Shown here: in pieces, positions 54,059 through 64,000 of the stretch
How positions within the stretch are numbered: position 1 is the first letter of the stretch
Layout of the letters: each line of letters begins with the position of its first letter
Assembly: GCA_965644315.1 (NCBI GenBank)
Contig: CBFFRQ010000089.1
Coordinates: 372,001-436,000 of the forward strand
Source: Caecitellus pseudoparvulus
Taxonomy: Eukaryota > Protista > Bigyra: Bicosoecida
DNA length: 64,000 bases
Direction: 5' to 3'
Made by a program: the position numbers and the translations under genes
The notes under the pieces: model-generated
What the model was told of the DNA's origin: nothing
Databases searched by the model: none
The model's input: only the letters and a program-made list of their open reading frames with translations

Positions 54059-57000
54059 ATGTTTGCGTGTCAATATGAGGAGCCTTCCCACGGCATCATT
54101 CTGCCGGCGCACCGGCAGTTCACGCAGCTGCTGGATGCGTTCGCAGGGCGAGGCAGTGGAGGGGGGTGGGGCGTCGCGGCGACCAGCTCGGGCGAAGGCC
54201 ATGACGCCGCCGGCGCAGAGGCGGCAGCGGCTGGCAGCTTCCAGTCCATGATCCAGCAGTTACAAGTGAATGTGGGCAGTCGGCGGCCGCTGTTGCTGGT
54301 GCACCCGCCAGGCGCAGACCTGCACAGCGCCATGCGAGTGTGGGTTGCCAGCATGCAGCAACGGACCGTGGAGGTGGAGGGGGGTGCCCGCATGGGGGGT
54401 GGCGGGGGAGGCCCCCCTCACACCCCTGCACGAGGGGCCTCCTCCGCACCCTCCTTCGCACCCACCCCCAAACGGGTGGGCCGCAGCCCCGCCATGGCGG
54501 GGGGGGGTCGACCCCCCTCCACAGCCCCCTCCGCCGGCGCGAAAGACAGCGCCGTCGCCGACGCGGCAGAGGGGACTCCCGAGGCGTTTGTGTTCTTCCA
54601 CGATGCGAGGTCGTCCCGCCACGCCGCCTCCACACGCCTGCTCCTCTTGCGCCTGCTGCGGCAACTCAGCATCGCCTTCGGCGTGCCGTACCCGGCCGAG
54701 GCCGCCACTGGCGTGCCCACGGAGAGCTGGCTGGCATGGCGAGTGGGCATGTTGTTGGACACGGTGTCAGACATGTGCAACGCAGCACACGGCGGCGGCA
54801 GCGGCGCCGACACCGCCACCTGCCCCTTCAAGGCCTGTGTCATCATCCTGGCAGGGGTGGAGGCACTGCGTTCGAGCCAGTTCGACCCCCTGCAGTGGCT
54901 GCCCCTGGCCTTGCCCCCCCATGTCCACCTGCTGCTCACGTGTGCAGTCAGTGTGCCAGATTTGCTGGCCCTGTGCCCCCCCCCTACGGCGCTGCTGGAG
55001 GGGGGGGGGCACAGAGCCGGAGGGGGGGGCGCTGGCGGTAGCGCTGGGGCCACACCGGGGGGGCGTGGGGGCCTGTCCTCTTCTCCCCAGCGGACATCGG
55101 CTCTGACCAGGGCTGGCATCATCGCACAGGCAGTGGCTCAGATGGAGGAGGAGGAGGGAGGGGGGGATGCGCCCCCCCCCACTGTGCCGGGGCTGGATGC
55201 GCCCCTGCTCAAGTCCGTCTCCATGCGGCTGCCCAAGCACAGGGGGGGGCGGGATGGGGATGAAGACGTATCAGTTGGTCTGGGTTTATCCCCTTCGGAG
55301 CACGGGTCGGGCGCTCCTGGCGCGGCGCCGGGGGGGGGTGGCGAGCTTGCGGGACCCCCCCTCCAAACCCTCATGTCCCTGGGCCTGCCAGCTGTTCGGC
55401 GCGGGTTCCGGCTGTTTCTGGGAGGTTTCGAGCGCTTCCGAACGTGGCAGGTCGCCCTGTCCACCAAGCAGCACCTGCAAGCCCACGAAGATGCGTTGCA
55501 GGGGGGTGACAAGGCGGTGAAGGGGGGCGGGGACACACCCCTGCACCCTCGCCAGGGGGGGGGGGCGGGTGGCGCCACCACCCCCGCCAGCAGCCCCACC
55601 ACCACCACTACCCCCCGTCGACCGCCCCCCAGTCGGCACGTGTCTGTCGTCTCCGCCACACGTCGCAATCGACGTGGATCGCTCACCTTTGCCCGGCTGG
55701 GGGTGGCGGAGGAGGCTGCTAGCACTGTCAAGGGCACCGGAAGGGGGGGTGGCGCGGGAGCCGAGGGGGGGCGACGAGGGGGGTAGGGGGGGCACCGAAG
55801 GGGAGGATGACCACCAGGACAGCGCCGACCCTGCCTCCTCCGCGGCAGGGGCCGCCATCCAGTCTGCGGTGCTGTTGGAGAGTCTGAGGCGGTCGTGGCC
55901 AGTCATGGCTGTGCCCATGGAGTTCCCGTTTGTGGGGGCGGTGGGGGACGTGGAAGTGCCCACACTGCCCTACGTGCATGCCGGCATGAACGGCTCGCAT
56001 GCCGATGTGCATGGGCGCACGCCGATGCGCTCGGCCAGCACGCCCATGGTGCGGAAATTGGACGCCGCCCCCGACACGCCAGGCCACGAGACGCTGCTTC
56101 TGGCCAAGACAGAGCTGCTGCGGGTGCGCATGCGGATACGGCAGGTGGAGGCCACGCCTGCGGAGCCCCCCCCTGGCAAGGGCGGCAAGGGGGGGGGTGA
56201 CGGTCGACCCCCCCTCGCGCCGGAGGGCAGCACCCCCTTGCGCCCCGCCAACCCCCTCACCCACGATGCCGAGGCGGTGTACGCGCCCCCCGCCTGGTCC
56301 TGGCTGCCTCTCCTGGCCTTCGAGCCACAGGAGTGGGGCACCCTGCCCGCCCAGCGGCGAGTGCAGGCGTACGTGTCCGCTGTGAACACGCGGGGGGGGC
56401 TGGTGTACACGCCCCTGTACATCAGCCTGCGTGACAAGGCGTCGTACATCAGCGCCCGCCTGGGCATGCTGCTGTGCCAGGCGTACAGCGACCTGCGTCG
56501 GCACGTGCGACCTGCCGCGCGCCAGTGCATCAGGGATGCGGCCGTGTGTGTGGACTTTAGCAGTCCCACTGCGGGGGGGGGTGGCAGGGGGGGTGAAAGG
56601 GGCCTTCCACGACGGCGTGGACTCCGAGGGCGTGGAGAGCGCTGCCTCGTCCCTGGGCTCCTCCAGGGGGGGTTTGGTCCTGCCTGAGGGGGGGGGTGGC
56701 GCGGACGACGGGGGGTCGTCCATGGGTGGCGCACGATCTGACATCGCAGGGGACGACTTCGCATCGGACGCCGGCGGCGTCACCGCGGCTGGTGGCGAGT
56801 CCATGGCTGTGGGGGGCTCTGGTCGCGGCGACGCCGCTGGCCGGCGCCCGGCTGGTCGTGCTGCCGTGATGGCGGCGCTGGCTGGGGTGGATGAGGGGGG
56901 GTCGGGGGACTCCTCCTCCTCCTCTGGCTCGTACACGGACGTCGGCAGCGGCGAGTTCGAGGGCGGCGGGGAGGATGGTGCGTTGCCTTCCTCCCCCTCC

Positions 57001-60000
57001 TCCGACGAGTCACACTTCGTGCCCAGTCCTTCCGACTTCCCCGCTGACGAACTGCTGTGCGTCGGCATCAATGACCCCGCCAGCGACTGGGAGCGGTACT
57101 TTCTCCCGGCACAGCCCTGGTTTCGCCCTGCTGCTGTGGCTGCCGTGGCGACGGGCATCACCCACGCATCAGCGACGGGGGACTTGTTGCCGGAGGGGGT
57201 GGACATGCTGCTAGGGGCTGTGGCGCAGTGGTGGGCGGCTGCTCTCGCGTGGCACAGCCTCAGCAGTGTGGCGGTGTACCGTGATGCGTTGCTGTGCGCG
57301 GCGGGGGAGCAGGGGGGTGGCACCCCCCCTGCACACCCCTCCCTCACCGCCCGCCTAACGCACCTCACCGCTGCGTTGCTGGCGCCCAAGTGGTGTGCAG
57401 CGCGGACGGCAGAGGGGGGCGAGGGGGGTACAAGGGGGGGTGGCTCACCTCCTCCCCACCCCCCTCATCTCGCACCACACTCGCGCCAGGTCAGCACCAA
57501 GGTCTTCACGGGCCTGGACAGCAGCACGCTGGGGCTGGGGGCGCACGCGTTCCCTGTGGGGGGGGGTCAGGGCACGTCGTCGATCTCAGATCGCGAGCGC
57601 ACCGGCGACAGCGCCCAAGTCCTGGTGTCCCAAGTGCCTGCGGACGCGGTGCTTGCGGAATTTGAAGCGGGCCTCTGCGGCCACCTCTTGGCAGGTGTCG
57701 CGGCAGTGTTGGCGGGAGTGGGCAGTGACGTCACATCATCCGCTGCCACGGAGGGGGGTGGCGCCCCCCCTGCCTCTGGCGCCACTGTGGCCACGCCAGG
57801 CAGGGGGCCCCCATGCCGCAGTCTGGCGGGGGGGGACGCCGCCCCCCCCTGTCCGTGTCCACGGGGTCCCCCGCCGGCCCCCCCCCCACCGTGCCCCGGA
57901 CCCCCCCCTCCTTCTCCAGCCTCGTCGCAGCGTGCCTGTTGCAGGACCTGCAGACACGCCGTGGAACTCTGCCGCAGCCCCAAGCTGTACTACCTATCAT
58001 CGCATCCCGCCTGCTGCTCCTGGGCACCAGTCGCTGGTGCCCCTTCGCCGCCCTCACTGCTCTGGGTGGCATGCTGCGCACACAGGCGGGGGTGGAGTGT
58101 CTGCTGCAGGGGTGTGGGCTGGTGGCGGGGCGGCTGCGTGCTTCCGTGGCGCGTAATGCGCCAGACGCATCCCCCGCGCTGCTGGTGGGCGCAGGGTACG
58201 GCAAGCTGCACCACATGGCAACGCTGATGCACGTGGTGCTGCGGGGGGTGGGCGCAGTGGGCATGGGCCCACCTCCCCGCACCAAGGGCCCACCTTCCGC
58301 CCGTCCCCGCACCGCAGCCACCTCTGCAACGGCAGCCACAGCCCACTCGGAAGCGGTGTCGAGCGCCATGCAGGCTGTGGCTGCGGCACGGGCGGCGGCG
58401 GGGAGACCCCCCCCTCCCGTGGATGTGAGCCCCCCTCAGCGGGAGACCCCCGCCGGCAAGCCTCGTCGTGCGGCGAAGCAGCGGAAGGACCCCCTGGCGG
58501 GGGAGGCGTTCGCGCCTGATGTGCTGGTGATGGAGGCGCGGGGGGCGGGGGACAGGGGGGGCGTACCTGGTGCGTGGCTGGCCCCACCCCCCGCTGCCGG
58601 CATCCCCCTGGCGCAGCACCCCCTCCTCACCGCCCACACAAGTCTGTTTGTGGCCCGTGAGGGGCTGGCTGGTGCCACCCTCACGTGGCTGCTGCAGCAA
58701 GACGTCGCTGCGACCATGGTGGCGAGGGGGCTGGACGTGGGGGGGCACTGTCCGGAGGGGGTGGAGGGGATGGGCGCACCTCCCCACCCTGTGCCACGCG
58801 GAACACCCCTTGCCGGAACAGGCTCTGCAGTGTCCGAGGATGGCGGGGATTGGATGGGGGAGGGCGGTGCGGGCGGTGGGCCCATGTTCGAAGGCCTGCC
58901 GCACCTGTCAGCCCACGCTGCGGGGGCGGCATGGGCCCATGCTGCCCTGGCCGCCATGCGGCACTGGTGGGCCCTGCCCACGGAGCAGAGCAGTCCGCCC
59001 CACGTGGACGTGGACTTTGCCGCAGCATCAGCCCACGCGTCCCCGCGGGGTGGGGCGGGGTTTGTGCAGGAGGTGCTGGGGGTGGGCCCAGCCCAGCAGG
59101 CCTGTGGCGTGGCAGCGGGCGACGTGCCCACTCAGTACGCCATGATGCCCCCGGGCGCTGCCACGCTGCGACTCGCCCTGCTGCGTTGGTTCGGCGCGTT
59201 GACTCGCAGCTGTGGGAGTCAACGCGCACCAGGCCCGCTGCTGCGCCTGTGGCTGGCAGCGTCCCGAAGTCGGGTGCACTACGCGGTGGAGCCGACTTCA
59301 GATCGCAAGGTGCTGGTCGCACGTGCCGACGTCACCCTCTGGCAACGCAGCGACACCAGCCTGCCCGCCCCGCTCCCCCTCCCGTCTCCCTTTGCCATCG
59401 GACTGGCGTGTGATGTGACGCTGATGGGGGGGCGGGAAGGGGACATCGCGGCACTGCTGAAACGCGTGGCACCCCCACCCACGCCGGCCGATGCACCCCC
59501 CCCCAGCGCCCACATCCCGGCCGACCTCATCGCTGCTGCGCTACACGGCCGGGTGGGGGGCGGCTCCCACGCCGCCGCCGCAGCCCTTGCTAGTGTCCGT
59601 GCCGCCTACGCCCACCTGCTGGGGGCAGGGGGCGCCATGGACGCGCCAGCAGTTGCGTCAGCACTGGGGCTCACCCCAAGTGCAACTGCAACCCCAGCCC
59701 CCGGCCACGGCGGGTGGGCCAGTCCCTCCTTCTCCGTCATGACCACCAGTCCCTCCCGCAGACTGTGGGGCAGCACGGCAGGCGGCGTGAGTGGGCCCAC
59801 CGAGGCCGCACAGGCCATCGCCGCCGACACCGCCCGCTCCACACTTGCCCTGTCATCGGGGGGGCTACCAGACACCGTGGCACTGCACTCTGCAGCACTG
59901 GTCGGCATTTCCGCCGCACGGCGGCGGTGGGCTGATGCGTTGCGGGGTCTCCTCGTCGCGCTGCGGAATTGGGAAACCGCCGTCTTCACCACCCGTGGCA

Positions 60001-63000
60001 ACCTTGCCGCGGGCGGTGGGCCCACTGAAGGCGACGCCGTGTCTCTGAATTTCGGCAGCACGGGGCGGTCGCACACTGCCAGCGGGCGACGCCCTGGGAC
60101 AGCTGCAGGAGGCACTGCCAGCAAAAACGCCGCCATGCGAAACGCGGCAGCTCAAGCGGCCGGCATCGCGCAGATCGGCCCCTTCCGCGTACAGCCCAAG
60201 GTGTGGCTGCAGGCCCTTCTGCTGACCACGCCCCCTGCCGCTGTGCGCGGCATGGTGGGGCGGGAGCTGCCCTGGGCGGTGTTTGCACTGCTTGCGAACA
60301 GGGAAGCGCTGCCGCTGCTGCTGCCGCCAGCTCAGGCTGGCTCCACCCTGGATGTGGGGGCGTCAGCCGCCACGGGGAAGGGGGGGGGCACTGCAGCGGC
60401 CCCCCATCCCCCTCACAGCTCCACTGCCAAGGGTGGCGCCAGTGCACTGCCGGCTCTGCAGGCTGCGAGTGGCATTGCGAACGCGCTCATGACAGGCACA
60501 CTGGACAGTGGGGGGGGTGCAGAGTGGCTGGAGATGCAGAGCCTGCTCACTGCACCTGACATGGTGCTGAGCATGTGGGGCGCTGATGGGCAGGTGATGT
60601 TGGAGCAGGGCAGGGGCGGGGTGGGCCCACACGGCGCCCCCCCCCGGCGTGGCGGCGGCACCGCCCCCGAAGGCCGGGCACGTGACAGGGGGGGTGCCGT
60701 GAAGGGGGTCGTGCCGACGGGCGCTGAGCTGCGTCAAGCTTGGACCACCCTGAACACCGCCCACGCCCAGAAGGACTCCCCCGGTCCCGTCGGCGGCGGC
60801 TCGGACGCCGGCTTCAACCCGGCCGTCGGCCCGCTCGCTGCGACGTGGCTGCACTCCACCCTGCACGACGCCAGCGCCATTCGGCGGGAGGTGCAGCGCA
60901 TCGCGCCGTGGCAGCTGTACCTGCCTGGCGCCTTCCTCAGTGGAGGCACGGGGGCGTTCTGTGCCCTGCCACACATCACCGTGTCCAGCCTCAGCGGCAG
61001 CATGGCTGAGCGGGCGGCGGTGCCGCTGGCCACCAGCATGAGCGTCGTGTGGCGCACCATGCACCGCCACACGAAACAGCTGACACAGGCACGATCTGAA
61101 GTCGTGGGTTTGACCAACGAGGAGGTGCTGGCAGGGGGCGGGTGGGGCGGCACGCCTGCCATGCCCGGCCCCGCCCCCGTCGACGGCGGCGAAGAAACCG
61201 ACTCCATTGACATCCTCGTGGCGCCCCCACACCGCCAGTGCCACTCGGCATCCAAGCCGGGCTTTGCACGAGTGGTGCCGTCCAGCCTCAGCAGCATGGA
61301 CGTGACGCGGGAGGACCTGCTCACGTTCTGGGGCGTGTTCAGCGGCGTGCGACCTGCCCCCCTGTCGGGCGACTGCAGCACCGACCCCGCGCCCCTCTCG
61401 CGCCTGGCTGTGGCCCTGCACGCCGGCGCGTCCCCCGCCACACACCAAGGCTTGGCGGCATCCCTTGTGCAGAACACCACTCGGGGTGTTCCGGCCTCCC
61501 TCGGCAGCAGTCTGGGCGGCTCAAGCTCCGCTGGCGGGTGGGGTGCCGCTGCCAGCCCAGGCGCGCCGCCCCCCCTCCTCTCCACCTTCCTGGGGCTGTG
61601 TGAGGCGGACTTTGACTCGCCCGATGCTGCGTTGCCAACTGCAGGGGCAGGGAGCGGCGGGGATGCCCACAACTTCACCGCTGCGCTGCTAAGCCTGGGC
61701 ATGGGCGCGCACTTGGGAGCTGGGGATGTGTTGGTGTTCCCAGGCATGCACAGCGCTCTCAGCCCGGCAGTGGTGCTGGACAGCGCACACCTGGCGCTGC
61801 CGCCTCAAAGCAGCTCGGGACACGTGAGTGTTCCGCAGAGCATGTGTGTTCCAAGTGCCCCAGCGCTGTTGCTGCGCGGCGAGTGCCTGCTGGCCCACGT
61901 CACGAACAGCGACGCTGTGCGGCCGGAGCTGGAACACGGAACACGCCTGGAACTGACCCCCGCTGCCACGGCGCCTCTGCGTGCCGCCGATGCAGAGGCG
62001 GCGTCCACCGCTGCCGGCGCCTGCCTGCGTCGTCTGCTGCGACCTGCCGACCCACCCTGCGCTGAGGCCAAGGGCAAGGCGCGACGGCAGGTGCGGGGTC
62101 CCTTCGCCAGCCTGCTGGGGCTGTACAGCCACGGCATGGGCGCACTGGCACATGCCTTCTTGCACTGGGCGTCGCCTGTGACCAGCACGGGCGCGCCGCT
62201 GGGGCGCATCATCCCACCGCATGCCACCCGCCGCCTGCAGCTGCTGTTTCACGCCGACCCCGTCGTGCTGTACAACCGCAGTGTCAGTTCCTGGGCCCAG
62301 CGCACAGTGGGGAACGGGACGTCTGCGCAGGCCCATGCGGCAGTGGTGAGCACGGTGGGGGCGCTGCTGTTCGAGCTGGGAGTGCGTGCGAGCGAAGAGG
62401 CGACGGGGGCGGCCAGCGTGTCGCAGGCGCCGAGCGGCACCTCGCACAGCCTGGACCTCGGCAGCCTGGGCGACGAGGCGGTGCGAACGGGGGATGCGAC
62501 CGCCTCCGAATCCAGTGGGGATGAGGGGGGGGGCGTGTCCACTGATGGCAGGGCGCTGTCCCAGCTGCTGCGCGAAGGGGCGGCTGACTCGCCCGGCGCG
62601 CCGCCGAAAACCGCACTGAACCAAGCAACCACCCTGCGAGGGGGCGGGGCAGGGCATGGGCCGCCCTCCACCTCCCGCCTGGGGCTGGGCTGGCGGCGGT
62701 GTGGGCTGGCAGTGTCCCAGGCCGTGTTCGGGTCGCAGTGCGACCTGGCGGGACACACCATGGCTGCGCTTGCGGGAGAATTCTCCCGCACCCCCTCAGG
62801 TGGCTGGGCCGCCGCCCCCACTGGCGTCGCCCTGCCGCCCACACACGTCAGTTTGCTGCCGGCACTGAGTGTGTGCACTGTGGTGGGTGTGGAGCCCCTG
62901 CCCTCCATCCCCTTCAACATGCTGCTGAGCGTGCTGCAAGGTATGGAGGGGCGGGCAGCGGATGCCATGGGGGTGTCAGGCCCCCCCTCCACACCCCTCA

Positions 63001-64000
63001 TGGGGGCCTCCCGCACCTCCCAGCGCCCGCCCACGCCCAGCAATGCCGCAGACATGAGCCAGCTCGCCGGGGCAGGCGCTGGGAAGGCGGGGAACACGAC
63101 GGCCTCCGGTCGCTGGGCGTGGGGTCGCGCGGGGGCGTTCGCGCCTTCCGCAGCTGCCAGCGTCTCGGGCGCAGGGCACATGAACGCATCCACACACAGC
63201 AGTGCCAGCCCTGCCCCAACAGGTGGGCCCACCTCCCCCGGGCGTTTCATCATGCCGCGCCTGGCGTTCTTTTCACTGTTGCGCCGGGAACGCCTGGCCG
63301 ACCTGCGGTTTTTGCACCGCCCCGTCCCCGACCGTGTGCTCAAGAGCCTGGGCCTGGGGCCGGCGCTGAAGCACTACCCACGTGCCGTGCGACCACGCAA
63401 GCCCCCGACGGTGGAACAGTTGTTCCAGACCAAGTCTGCCATGCAGCAGCAGACGTTGCGGGGGGGGGCGCCTGTGCCCGACAGCGGCAACGCGCGTGAC
63501 GCGCCCGCTTCTCCCCCCACCAAGCCCCAACTGCAACCCCTGACTCCCCGGCAACGCAGCGTGTCTCGCGGCACCCAGTCCACCCCCGCTGCGGCCCAGG
63601 AAGTCGCTGGCACCGCCCGCGACCTCACCACCACCAGCCTGTCGCAGCGACAACCCTCCCTCAACGTGACCCTGCAAGCCGGCGCCAGCACAGGCCTGAC
63701 CGCCGTGGCTGACGTGCAGCTGGCGAAAACGCCCCTGCGCCCCACCACTGCCAAGCGCAGTGCCAGCGTGCAGGACCGTCGACACGCCTCAGGCCACCGC
63801 ATCCTGCACCGACACGCCGCCGCCATGCAACCCTCCAAACTCGCCCTGCCAGCGGTGGGTGCCATTCTCTCCGCCGCAGACGACAGCCAGTTTGGGGCAC
63901 AGGTGGAGGCGGCACCCCTGTCGCGACTGCTGCACCGGGATGACTGGGCATTTGAGGACCGAGTCGTGCTGCACAGCGTGAGTCAGGGTGGCACCATGTA
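54059..64000 (+). CDS. Very large Ala/Gly/Pro-rich protein with a degenerate NACHT-like (NPHP3/TEP1-type) N-terminal region; broken by several frame changes and running past the window end
   Basis: FVFFH..LLRLLRQL, VIILAGVEAL, WLPLALPPHVHLLLT resemble NPHP3-type NACHT domains, but no intact Walker A is seen. Successive + frames (54059-55786, 55569-56687, 56431-58227 and further) hand over near G/C homopolymers. Confidence 0.55.

Noticed and set aside
1-64000. tRNA, rRNA, LTR retroelements, telomeric repeats, endogenous virophage or Polinton genes
   Set aside because: No cloverleaf, rRNA motif, RT/integrase, capsid, packaging ATPase or pPolB motif was recognised by eye.

Overview
Gene-dense, GC-rich eukaryotic (protist-like) genomic DNA. 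Introns are short GT-AG introns, mostly about 65-95 nt and often with GTGCGT donors. A heterotrophic stramenopile-like host is a guess only. The flanks carry about 17 ordinary host genes: GH123-like, OTU deubiquitinase, ABCF2, TM2-repeat protein, Na+/H+ exchanger, Cys-rich mucin-stalk receptor, SepH/Cdc15-like kinase, ankyrin protein, BET1, REEP/HVA22, VAC14, Wntless-like/lipase fusion, SAM methyltransferase, Patched/NPC1-like, DnaJ, MAPEG, and a giant frameshift-broken NACHT-like gene running off the end. The centre (about 20.7-34.8 kb) is a lower-GC accessory region with three main features. (1) A complete hAT transposon at 20759-24898 with perfect 22-bp TIRs, an 8-bp TSD and a cluster of cGAAg mini-hairpins at one end. 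(2) A compositionally distinct gene ending in 11 near-identical 108-bp Sel1 repeats that vary at only a few residue positions. (3) A complete 4.4-kb PIF/Harbinger(PHIS)-type element at 29987-34398 with TAGG-initiated 26-bp TIRs, an apparent 5-bp TSD (ACTAA), a probably SAP-fused transposase and a convergent spliced partner ORF that I cannot assign to a family. The PHIS element and the Sel1 array are the best candidates for something undescribed. All family assignments are from motif recognition by eye; no searches were run.
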